A stretch of DNA of 32,000 bases from contig FP565575.1 of assembly GCA_000091165.1 (NCBI GenBank), forward strand, positions 1,260,001-1,292,000, read 5' to 3'. Shown in pieces: positions 6,175-14,544 of this stretch. The notes beneath the pieces are model-generated. The model had not been told where the DNA came from and did no database searches. It saw nothing but the letters and a program-made list of their open reading frames with translations. The stretch is from Candidatus Methylomirabilis oxygeniifera (lineage in GTDB: Bacteria > Methylomirabilota > Methylomirabilia > Methylomirabilales > Methylomirabilaceae). The position numbers were made by a program, and so were the translations under genes. Each line of letters opens with the position of its first letter. Position 1 is the first letter of the stretch.

Positions 6175-7560
6175 CTATAGCAGCGTTCCCCGGAGCAGCA
6201 ACGCTGCTACCGTAAAGTAGATCACGAGGCCCGTGATGTCCACGAGCGTTGCCACGAACGGCGCACTCGACGCGGCAGGATCGGCGCCGAGCCGCTTCAT
6301 CACGAACGGGAGCATCGAGCCGGCCAACGTCCCCCACAGCACGACCCCTACGAGCGAGCAGGCGACGGTGAGGCCGACAAGCAGCCAGTGCTCGCCGTAG
6401 GCGCCGAGAAACGCGCCCCAGATAGACACCCGGAGGAACCCCACCGAGCCGAGGATGCCGCCGAGGGCGAGACCGGATAACACCTCCCGCCGCATGACCC
6501 GCCACCAGTCCCGCAGCGTCACCTCACCCACAGCGAGCGCCCGGATGATGAGCGAGGCCGCCTGGCTGCCAGAGTTTCCCCCTGACGAGATGATGAGGGG
6601 GACGAAGAGCGCCAGCACGACCGCCCGCGCGATTTCATCCTGGAAGTACCCCATCGCCGTCGCCGTCAGCATCTCCCCGACGAACAGCACGATGAGCCAC
6701 CGCGCTCGCTTCTTGATGAGGGTCCAGAACGGGGTGCGGACGTACGGTTCGTCGAGCGCCTCGAGCCCGCCGAGCTTCTGGATGTCTTCGGTGGCCTCCG
6801 CCTCCGCCACGGCCAGCACGTCGTCGATGGTGACAATGCCGAGGAGCACGCCGTCGGAGTCCGTCACGGGGAGCGCCATGCGGTCATGCTCGCGGAAAAC
6901 CCTGACCGCCGTCTCCCGATCATCCGTGGCGCGGAGGGCCACGAACGTCTCGCCCATGAGGGAGCGTACCTGCGCGTCAGGCGCGGCCAGGATGATCTCC
7001 CGGATGCGCAGGTCGTCCACGAGACGGAACCCCCGCTCGACTACGTAGATCACATTGATCGTCTCGGAGTCCTTCCCGAACCGGCGAATGTGCCGGAGGG
7101 CCTGCTCGATGGTCCAGTCTGGGCGGACGGCCACATAGTCCGTCGTCATGAGCCGCCCAACGCTCTCCTCGGGATAGCCAAGAAGCCGGACGGCGGCCTC
7201 GCGCTCCTTCGGATTGAGGAGGTTCAGGAACCGCTGTGTGACCTCGCCGGGGAGTTCCTCAAAGAACGCTGTCCGGTCGTCGGGGGCAAGAGCATTGAGT
7301 AGGTCAGCCAGTCGCTCCCGCTCGTTGGCCAGCGTCTCAACCAGGGCCTCCTGCTTCTCATGAGGGAGATATTCGAAGACGGCGGCGGCCTGCTCGCGCG
7401 GGAGTACGCGAAAGAGGACGGCGTCGTCGCCGTCCGGGAGGTCATCGATGAGCGCGGCGATTTCGGAGGGCTCCCACTCCGCTACGGCTTCGCGGAGCGC
7501 ACGGAGGTCCCCCTTGTGGAGGATCGCCTCGACTTCTGGCTTCAACAGGTAATTCGGCAT
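6175..7560 (-). CDS. mgtE: Magnesium transporter MgtE
   Basis: 461 aa with an MgtE N-domain, a CBS pair and a C-terminal 5-TM domain (...GNSGSQAASLIIRALA...). Confidence 0.9.
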   Translation of the reverse strand: MPNYLLKPEVEAILHKGDLRALREAVAEWEPSEIAALIDDLPDGDDAVLFRVLPREQAAAVFEYLPHEKQEALVETLANERERLADLLNALAPDDRTAFFEELPGEVTQRFLNLLNPKEREAAVRLLGYPEESVGRLMTTDYVAVRPDWTIEQALRHIRRFGKDSETINVIYVVERGFRLVDDLRIREIILAAPDAQVRSLMGETFVALRATDDRETAVRVFREHDRMALPVTDSDGVLLGIVTIDDVLAVAEAEATEDIQKLGGLEALDEPYVRTPFWTLIKKRARWLIVLFVGEMLTATAMGYFQDEIARAVVLALFVPLIISSGGNSGSQAASLIIRALAVGEVTLRDWWRVMRREVLSGLALGGILGSVGFLRVSIWGAFLGAYGEHWLLVGLTVACSLVGVVLWGTLAGSMLPFVMKRLGADPAASSAPFVATLVDITGLVIYFTVAALLLRGTLL

Positions 7561-7564
7561 GATC

Positions 7565-7700
7565 GCCCATTTTCGGTGTTGACGGTGAGGGTGGAAGAAA
7601 GCAGACTTGGCGTCAGTGCCCAGCGGCAGGGATGCCGTCGGCAGGAGACCTTTTAGCGCAAGGAGATGCGGTGCTCAGTGACAGGAGCCTTCACCATGAG
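7565..7700 (-). ncRNA. Structured mgtE leader, possible M-box (Mg2+) riboswitch
   Basis: The minus strand contains GGTGAAGGCTCCTGT (7695-7681) and GACGCCAAGT (7614-7605). These resemble M-box core segments. A distal CCCTCACC could pair with GGTGAAGG. The order and spacing of other elements do not fit cleanly. Confidence 0.3.
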
Positions 7701-7703
7701 CAC

Positions 7704-7806
7704 CAATACTGTTCACGTTGGCCGCTCGTGGTGAGCCTGTCGAATTACAATTACCCTTCGACAAGCTCAGGGCGAACGGTTCGAAGAGCCTAAGTGAACA
7801 GTATTG
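7704..7806. repeat. Palindromic element with 13-bp perfect terminal inverted repeats
   Basis: CAATACTGTTCAC (7704-7716) and GTGAACAGTATTG (7794-7806) flank an internal hairpin, GCCTGTCGAA...TTCGACAAGC. Confidence 0.7.
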
Positions 7807-7827
7807 CCATTAGCACACGTTCGTGGC

Positions 7828-10146
7828 CTAGTGGGCGCGGCTGGCCTCCGCCTCCGTTGCGGCCGAGGGCTCTTCCTCCACAATCGAGCCTCGTTTGCTG
7901 AAGACCACCGACAGCCCCAGGACGGTCACGCAAGCCAGAACGATCATCGCCCGGGTGCCCCACCCGATTTCGCGGATGGCCAAGGGTGCGATCAGGATCG
8001 CGACCAGATTCATGACCTTGATCATCGGGTTGATGGCCGGCCCGGCGGTGTCCTTGAACGGATCGCCGACCGTATCGCCGATGACCGCAGCTTTATGGCA
8101 GTCGGTCCCTTTGCCGCCGAACAGACCTTCTTCGATCTTCTTCTTGGCATTGTCCCAGGCGCCGCCGGTATTCGACAGGAACACCGCCATGAGTTGCCCG
8201 GTCAGGATCGCTCCGGCAAGGAAGCCTCCCAGCGCCGGCGCACCGAAGGCGAAGGCGACCAGGATCGGGCTGACAATCGAGAGAACGCCAGGCCCGAGCA
8301 GCTCCTTCTGCGCCGCGGCGGTCACGATCTCCACACACCGGCCATAGTCCGGCTTCTCCTTGAACTCCATGATCCCCGGCTTCTCCCGGAACTGTCGCCG
8401 GACCTCTTCCACCAGGAGAAAGGCCGCCCGGCTTACCGCCTGGATCGCAAAGGAGGAGAAAAGGAACGGTACGGCCCCCCCGATCAGGAAGCCGATGAAG
8501 ACCTCCGGCAGGTTCACCTGGATCCCCTGCTCGAAGAGATGCGCCTCGTCGATGAAGGAACGGAAGAGGGAGACAGCCGCAATAACCGCAGTAGCGATGG
8601 CCAGCCCTTTCGTCAGGGCCTTGGTCGTGTTGCCGACCGCGTCGAGCTTGGCGACAATCCGATGGGCCTCGATCCCCGACGGGGTTCTCGGGTTGTTCTT
8701 CAACGCGCCGGACATCTCGAAGATGCCGTTGGCGTTATCGGAGATGGGACCAAAGGTATCTTCAGCCAGCACGAAGCCGGTGGTCGCCAGCAAGCCAAGA
8801 CCAGCCAGGGCGATCCCATACGCCGACAACGAAAAGCTCCCGCCGAAGATGCTGTAGGAGCCAAAGATGGTCGCGGCAATGGCCAGCGTGGCCCAGACAC
8901 TCGACTCGAGACCTGCGGCAAACCCGGAGAGGATCAGCGTCGCCGGTCCGGTTCGGCTGGAATAGGCAATCTCGGTCACCGGTTTCTTCTCGGTTGCGGT
9001 GAAATACTCCGTCAGCCACTGAATCAGCAACGCCAGGGCAATCCCCATGACATTGGCCAGGAAGACTCGCCACCAGAGGGCGCCATACTTCGGACTCACG
9101 ATGTCGCCAAGGTAAAAGTAGCTCACAATCCAAAAGCCGACGACCGAGCTGAGCGCAGCGACCCAGAAGCCGAAGTTGATCGGCTTCATCGGATTCATGC
9201 CCGGATCATCCTTGCCCCGAACGCACCAGGTACCGAGGATCGAGCCGAAGACGCCCACGGCGCGGATCAAGAGGGGGTAGATGATCATGGCCAGGACGAC
9301 CTTGGAGGCGCTGTCGGCCCCGCCGAACGACTCGACGAAGTCCTTGTCCAGCATCGCCCCGGCACCCAGGATAATGGCCGCCACCAGCGTCACCTCATAC
9401 GACTCGAAGACGTCGGCCGCCATCCCGGCGCAGTCGCCCACATTGTCGCCCACATTGTCGGCGATCGTGGCGGCATTGCGCGGATCATCTTCAGGAATCC
9501 CCTTCTCAACCTTGCCGACCAGATCGGCGCCCACGTCGGCCGCCTTGGTGAAAATGCCGCCCCCCATACGCATGAACAGGGCGGCGAGCGATCCGCCAAA
9601 ACCAAAGCCGACCAGGATCTTCATCGCATTCTCTTTGAACAGCAGGAAGATGATGGTGGCACCCAGAAGCCCAAGACCGACGGTGAACATCCCCGAGACG
9701 GTCCCGGCCCTGAAGGCGATCTCCAGCGAATACTTGAAGCTGTGGAGCGCGGCGGCGGCGGTTCGCACATTGCCCTTCACGGCCAGTAGCATCCCGACGT
9801 AGCCGGCCCCATAGGAGGCTGCAACCCCCATGAAGAAGGCAAGCGCTACGCCGAGCGGCAGGAGCATTCCCTCATAGAGCCCGCGATACATGAAGAAGAG
9901 ACCGATCGTGATGGCGATGACGAACCAGAGCATCGTCTTAACCTGTCGCGCAAGGTAGGCCAGCGCCCCCTCTTCAATCGCCTTGGCCACATCCTGCATG
10001 GCCTGACTGCCTGGGTCTTCCTGGATCGTCTTCTTCGCGAGGAAGGCGCCATATCCGAGGGCGATGAAAGCCGAAACCAGGACAAACCAGAGGATCTTCC
10101 ACTCCTGCGGGCCAAAGGTTGGCAGTACAATGCTGGCTTCACTCAT
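7828..10146 (-). CDS. hppA: Membrane-bound H+ (or Na+)-translocating pyrophosphatase
   Basis: Motifs GGIFTKAADVGADLVGKVE, PEDDPRNAATIADNVGDNVGD and DTVGDPFKDTAGP. The ATG at 10146 is preceded by GAGGAG. Confidence 0.92.
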   Translation of the reverse strand: MSEASIVLPTFGPQEWKILWFVLVSAFIALGYGAFLAKKTIQEDPGSQAMQDVAKAIEEGALAYLARQVKTMLWFVIAITIGLFFMYRGLYEGMLLPLGVALAFFMGVAASYGAGYVGMLLAVKGNVRTAAAALHSFKYSLEIAFRAGTVSGMFTVGLGLLGATIIFLLFKENAMKILVGFGFGGSLAALFMRMGGGIFTKAADVGADLVGKVEKGIPEDDPRNAATIADNVGDNVGDCAGMAADVFESYEVTLVAAIILGAGAMLDKDFVESFGGADSASKVVLAMIIYPLLIRAVGVFGSILGTWCVRGKDDPGMNPMKPINFGFWVAALSSVVGFWIVSYFYLGDIVSPKYGALWWRVFLANVMGIALALLIQWLTEYFTATEKKPVTEIAYSSRTGPATLILSGFAAGLESSVWATLAIAATIFGSYSIFGGSFSLSAYGIALAGLGLLATTGFVLAEDTFGPISDNANGIFEMSGALKNNPRTPSGIEAHRIVAKLDAVGNTTKALTKGLAIATAVIAAVSLFRSFIDEAHLFEQGIQVNLPEVFIGFLIGGAVPFLFSSFAIQAVSRAAFLLVEEVRRQFREKPGIMEFKEKPDYGRCVEIVTAAAQKELLGPGVLSIVSPILVAFAFGAPALGGFLAGAILTGQLMAVFLSNTGGAWDNAKKKIEEGLFGGKGTDCHKAAVIGDTVGDPFKDTAGPAINPMIKVMNLVAILIAPLAIREIGWGTRAMIVLACVTVLGLSVVFSKRGSIVEEEPSAATEAEASRAH

Positions 10147-10375
10147 GCAACGTGTCTCCTCGTTAGCTGATAGCTGTAAGCTGACGGCTGACAGCAATGG
10201 ATACTGATGCCACGTGTCGGCAAACGGGCAGCGTTCTACTTACTCATCGATCCAAATGGGTTGCTCGCGAATGTGACACGCCGTGTCACGGCAATGTCAG
10301 AGCAAGGGTTACCCAGCTCCCTGAAGGGAGCCCCCTGCCCTTGAGCAGGATGTCTATACGCGCTCCACGCCCTCT

Positions 10376-11800
10376 CTAGTCGGCAAAGAGGCGGAGTTGC
10401 TCCTGATCTTCCTCGATAAACGGCACCGGGTAACAGCCGCTGAAACAGGCACTGCAGAAGTCTGCCGCTCCTCGATTCTCCTTCCCGGCAGCCTGCTGTA
10501 ATCCTTTCAGGCTCAGATAGCCGAGGGTGTCGGCACGAAGGTACCGCCGAATCTCCTCGACGTCGTGCGTGGAGGCAATCAGCTCTTTCCGTGTCGGGGT
10601 GTCGATCCCGTAATAGCAGGGAGCGATTGTGGGGGGGGAGCTGATCCGCACATGGACTTCTGTTGCCCCGGCCGCCCGGATCATCGACACGATCTTCCGG
10701 CTGGTCGTTCCACGAACAATAGAGTCGTCCACCACAACAACGCGCTTGCCCTCGAGCAGTTCCTGAATGGCGTTGAGTTTGATCTTCACTCCGAAATGCC
10801 GAATCGCCTGTTTCGGCTCGATAAAGGTCCGACCGACATAGTGATTGCGGATCAGGCCGTGTTCAAACGGCAGGTGCGCCTCTTCGGCAAAACCCAGCGC
10901 GGCAGGCACGCCCGAGTCGGGAACGGGAATCACGACATCCGCCTCGACCGGATATTCGCGCGCCAAGTGCCGGCCGAGATCTTTGCGAATCCCTGCGACA
11001 GATCGACCAAATAACAAGCTGTCCGGCCTGGCGAAATAGACATACTCGAAGATACACTGAGACTTAGGCGCGGGTGGGAACGGGAAAAACGAACGCACGC
11101 CATCTTCATTGATCCGGATAAATTCGCCGGGCTCGATATCGCGGACAAATTGTGCCTCGATCAGATCAAAGGCACAACTCTCCGACGCCAGGATCCACGC
11201 ATCACCAAGCTTTCCCAACGACAGCGGTCGAAAGCCGTAGGGATCACGGATCCCCACCAACTCAGTCTCATTCATAATTGCCAGAGAATAGGCACCACGA
11301 ATCTGGCTCAGCGCTTCGATCGACGCCTCCAGCAGATTCGGCTCCCGCGAGCGGGCGATCAGATGAACGATCACCTCGCTGTCGGTTGTGGAACCGAATA
11401 TCGAACCCTGTGCTTCCAGATCATGGCGAATCTTCTCGGCGTTTGTCAGATTCCCATTGTGTGCAAGGGCAATCTGACCGCGCAGATAGCCTGCCAGCAG
11501 CGGTTGCGCATTCTTGAGATGCGAGGTCCCGGTCGTCGAGTAGCGGACATGGCCGATGGCCAGTGCGCCCTTAAGACGACGAAGCCTACTCTCGGAAAAG
11601 ACGTCGGCTACCAACCCCATTGCCTTTTCAAGATGCAGAGACCCACCGTCAGAGGTCACAATCCCGGTACTTTCCTGTCCCCTGTGCTGAAGCGCATATA
11701 GCGCTAAATAGGCGAGGTTTGCAGCCTCCGGATGGCCATAGATCCCAACCACTCCGCACTCTTCACGAAACTTATCCAGCCGCACCTCACCCATCTTCAC
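10376..11800 (-). CDS. purF: Amidophosphoribosyltransferase
   Basis: N-terminal nucleophile context ECGVVGIYG, PRTase motif [14 protein letters not shown] and a C-terminal Cys cluster. Confidence 0.92.
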   Translation of the reverse strand: MKMGEVRLDKFREECGVVGIYGHPEAANLAYLALYALQHRGQESTGIVTSDGGSLHLEKAMGLVADVFSESRLRRLKGALAIGHVRYSTTGTSHLKNAQPLLAGYLRGQIALAHNGNLTNAEKIRHDLEAQGSIFGSTTDSEVIVHLIARSREPNLLEASIEALSQIRGAYSLAIMNETELVGIRDPYGFRPLSLGKLGDAWILASESCAFDLIEAQFVRDIEPGEFIRINEDGVRSFFPFPPAPKSQCIFEYVYFARPDSLLFGRSVAGIRKDLGRHLAREYPVEADVVIPVPDSGVPAALGFAEEAHLPFEHGLIRNHYVGRTFIEPKQAIRHFGVKIKLNAIQELLEGKRVVVVDDSIVRGTTSRKIVSMIRAAGATEVHVRISSPPTIAPCYYGIDTPTRKELIASTHDVEEIRRYLRADTLGYLSLKGLQQAAGKENRGAADFCSACFSGCYPVPFIEEDQEQLRLFAD

Positions 11801-11867
11801 ACGCTCTCAGTCATCAGTAATGAACTGCCACGCGGCAAGCTGCGCGGTATCGTCTTCTGTTCTGGCC

Positions 11868-11977
11868 CGTCATTCCGTGCTTGACACGGAATCCGGTCTG
11901 GCCCTGGATACCGGCTTCCGCCGGTATGCCGAACTCACGGTAAGCCGCTGGGAATACATCCCCAGTGGATTCAATAA
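11868..11977 (-). repeat. Family 1 hairpin-module repeat, inverted copy
   Basis: The reverse complement aligns with 5951-6085 and 26663-26772. Shared segments: ..GCGGCTTaCCGtGAG.., CATACCGGCGGAAGCCGGTATCCAG and GGATTCCGTGTCAAGCACGGAATGACG. Confidence 0.8.
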
Positions 11978-12026
11978 TAAGTTATTGGAGGCTGACCGTT
12001 GATAGCTGACAGATGATCGCTGCTTT

Positions 12027-13199
12027 TCAAAGTACTCGCTTCAGCCCCTGGATGGCCTGACGAGTCCGGTGTTCGTTTTCCACCAGGGCGAATCGAACGT
12101 GCGCATCCCCATACTGTCCAAACCCGATCCCCGGAGAGACGGCAACCTTTGCCTTATCGAGGAGAAACTTCGAAAATTCCAGAGACCCCATACCCAGGTA
12201 TGCCTCCGGGATCTTCGCCCACACAAACATGGTGCCTTTCGGCTTCGAGATCGTCCATCCGATCCGGTTCAGCCCGTCCACCAGCGCATCACGGCGCACC
12301 CGATACGTCTGCACCGTTTCTCCCACGCAGGCCTGCGGGCCGTTCAGCGCAATAATCGCCGCGATCTGAATCGGCTGGAACATGCCGTAATCCAAATAGC
12401 TTTTGAGCCGCGTCAGGGCCGCAATAATCCGCGGATTGCCGACGCAGAACCCAACTCGCCAGCCCGGCATGTTGTAGCTCTTGGAGAGCGTGAAGAACTC
12501 TACTCCGATCTCTTTTGCCCCGGGAACCTGCAGGAGGCTTGGCGCCTGATAGCCGTCAAAGGTCAGGTCCGCGTACGCAAGGTCGTGGATCAGGATCAGG
12601 TGGTGCTCCTGCGCGAACGCCACTACCTTTTCGAAGAACGCAAGATCCACGGTGGCGGTGGTGGGGTTGTGCGGAAAGCTCAGGATCAGCAGCTTGGGCG
12701 GCGGCCAACTTTCCCGGTGCGCTGCCACAAGCGCCTCATAGAAGTCGACACCCTCTTCAAGCCGAACGCTACGGACGTCCCCCCCGGCGATAATCACGGA
12801 ATACGGATGGATCGGGTAGGTAGGACTCGGCACCAAGGCCACATCCCCCGGTTCTACAACCGCCAAGGCCAGATGCGAAAGCCCCTCCTTGGCACCGATG
12901 GTCGCAATCGCCTCCCGCCCGGGATCGATCTCAACCCCATATCGCCGCCCATACCAGTCGGCGATAGCAGACCGGAGTTTTGTGATTCCGCGCGAGGCGG
13001 AATACCGATGGTTGCGAGGATTTCTGGCCGCCTCGCAGAGCTTCTCCACAATATGGGGAGGGGTCGGCAGATCCGGATTGCCCATCCCGAAGTCGATAAT
13101 ATCCTCGCCGCGAGCCCGCGCCTCAACCTTCAGCTCAGTCACGATATTGAAGACGTACGGGGGCAGCCGACTGATTCGATGGAACTGCTCCATCCACAC
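12027..13199 (-). CDS. Class I/II PLP-dependent aminotransferase (AlaC/AspC-like)
   Basis: [14 protein letters not shown]..., HRYSASRGI and [12 protein letters not shown] (the PLP lysine motif). Confidence 0.85.
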   Translation of the reverse strand: MWMEQFHRISRLPPYVFNIVTELKVEARARGEDIIDFGMGNPDLPTPPHIVEKLCEAARNPRNHRYSASRGITKLRSAIADWYGRRYGVEIDPGREAIATIGAKEGLSHLALAVVEPGDVALVPSPTYPIHPYSVIIAGGDVRSVRLEEGVDFYEALVAAHRESWPPPKLLILSFPHNPTTATVDLAFFEKVVAFAQEHHLILIHDLAYADLTFDGYQAPSLLQVPGAKEIGVEFFTLSKSYNMPGWRVGFCVGNPRIIAALTRLKSYLDYGMFQPIQIAAIIALNGPQACVGETVQTYRVRRDALVDGLNRIGWTISKPKGTMFVWAKIPEAYLGMGSLEFSKFLLDKAKVAVSPGIGFGQYGDAHVRFALVENEHRTRQAIQGLKRVL

Positions 13200-13335
13200 T
13201 CCTTATCGGTCACTGTAGCGACCGCTCATTTCGATGCAAAACTTGCCTCTCACGCTACCAAAAGGGGCCAATACTGTCAATATGAAAGAGGGCCAACTGA
13301 TTACCAGAATACAGGCTGCGGCCGCAGGGATGAAT

Positions 13336-13887
13336 TTATCGCTTGGCGGCAATGAGGCGGGTCAGCTTACGGTCAACACGGAGGCGGCGGGCAATATCTT
13401 GAAGCCGTTGGACCAGGGCTGGCTGCCCGCGAAGGGTCTGAAAGAGGTTCGATGCATCTGCGTCGTCCTTGACTCCGCCGACTTTCAGCTTCATCGCGAT
13501 CAAGTCCACGACGTCGATGACGGGCAAGGTTGTTCGGCCGATCCGGATTATGGATGCCCGCTGCAGCATCTCTACCTGCCAACCATACCGAGGTTCGATC
13601 CAATCGACGTGCAGGCCCCCCGGATAGACCACGCGAAGCGACCTTGCGATCATGCCTTCGGTGACAGGAAAGTATTCAGATTCGTGATAGGTCTCCCGTA
13701 GCGTCCGGAAGAACCGATCCAGGCCGGCCCGGTCCGGATGCCGGATAAGGAAGTCGACGTCATTGGTTGCCCTTGGTGTTCCCCAGACCGAGACCGCCAT
13801 GCCCCCGATGAGACAGAGCTGGACCCCGTGTTGCGCGGCTTCCTTCTGCGCCTTTCGCACGGCGGCTAGGAATTCGCGGTACCTCAT
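13336..13887 (-). CDS. Nucleotidyltransferase-fold protein (AbiEii/DUF6036-like), putative toxin
   Basis: LCLIGGMAVSVWGTPRATNDVDFLI is an NTase G-x...D-x-D type motif. There is a 4-nt ATGA overlap with the upstream Phd-like gene. Confidence 0.6.
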   Translation of the reverse strand: MRYREFLAAVRKAQKEAAQHGVQLCLIGGMAVSVWGTPRATNDVDFLIRHPDRAGLDRFFRTLRETYHESEYFPVTEGMIARSLRVVYPGGLHVDWIEPRYGWQVEMLQRASIIRIGRTTLPVIDVVDLIAMKLKVGGVKDDADASNLFQTLRGQPALVQRLQDIARRLRVDRKLTRLIAAKR

Positions 13888-14144
13888 TGGCGCCTGTCGG
13901 CTTTCAGGCGCGCCAAGGCTTGCCCAAGATCGAGCGCCTCCTTCATGCGCTGGCCGGCCCCTGGCTCACGCTTCGCCAGGGACGCCGCACCCTCTCCCAG
14001 CAACCTCCGGTACCGTGCTACGGACAGGACAATGGCAACAGGTTGACTATGCCGCTCCAGCGCGATCACCGCGTCGGCAGTCTCAGCCTGGTTGATAATT
14101 TCTTTGAGGCGCTTACGTGCCTCAGCAACTCCAAATGTCCGCAT
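13884..14144 (-). CDS. Phd/YefM family antitoxin-like protein
   Basis: MRTFGVAEARKRLKEIINQAETADAVIALERHSQPVAIVLSVARYRRL is a typical Phd/YefM N-domain. Confidence 0.7.
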   Translation of the reverse strand: MRTFGVAEARKRLKEIINQAETADAVIALERHSQPVAIVLSVARYRRLLGEGAASLAKREPGAGQRMKEALDLGQALARLKADRRQ

Positions 14145-14157
14145 AGCAATGGCTCAT

Positions 14158-14200
14158 AATATGTACATATTTATTACCATACTCGTCGACTCAATGTCAA
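14158..14200 (-). promoter_or_regulatory. Promoter with a 14-bp perfect palindrome operator upstream of the Phd-like gene
   Basis: Palindrome AATATGTACATATT at 14158-14171. On the minus strand: TTGACA (14200-14195), 18-nt spacer, TAATAA (14176-14171). Confidence 0.45.
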
Positions 14201-14292
14201 CTCCGTGACCTTCATCACTTCGAAAGTCGCTGCTCAACCAAGCCTATCGGACTCAAGCTATTTGACAACTCTATACCAATAGACATATACAC

Positions 14293-14436
14293 GTCTCCGC
14301 GTTGATGCGCAATCGCTCCGGTAACTTCTCCGTCGAGCGCCTGACGGAATTTCTCACCGCTCTGGGGCAGGACGTGAAGATTACCGTCAGGCCTGCACGC
14401 AAGGACCGGGGCGAAGTATCCGTCGTCGTGGCGTAA
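14293..14436 (+). pseudogene. C-terminal fragment of an XRE-family (HigA-type) antitoxin
   Basis: The plus frame reads VSALMRNRSGNFSVERLTEFLTALGQDVKITVRPARKDRGEVSVVVA*. This matches the tail of XRE antitoxins. The N-terminal HTH and start codon are missing. Confidence 0.6.
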
Positions 14437-14470
14437 CCGATTTTTAGAGACGCTATACGAGACGGCTTCA

Positions 14471-14511
14471 GCCCCCCTACTTCCTTACTTCAACACTGTT
14501 GAAAGGGGGGC
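14471..14511. terminator. Nested hairpin between the XRE fragment and the argS stop
   Basis: GCCCCCCT (14471-14478) pairs with AGGGGGGC (14504-14511). The inner hairpin is TTCAACactGTTGAA. There is no clear U-tract. Confidence 0.3.
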
Positions 14512-14544
14512 GAGGAAAAGAACTGCGGAATCGTGACGGTGGAG

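Noticed and set aside
7771-7790. GGTTCGAAG resembling a tRNA T-arm
   Set aside because: No acceptor stem, D-arm or anticodon arm can be built around it. It lies inside the palindromic repeat element.
7804-9789. 661-aa plus-strand ORF
   Set aside because: It lies entirely antisense to the well-supported pyrophosphatase gene. The translation is low-complexity and Arg/Gly/Asp-rich, as expected for an antisense frame in GC-rich DNA.
12069-13355. 428-aa plus-strand ORF
   Set aside because: It is antisense to the aminotransferase gene. It is Arg/Pro-rich with no recognisable motifs.
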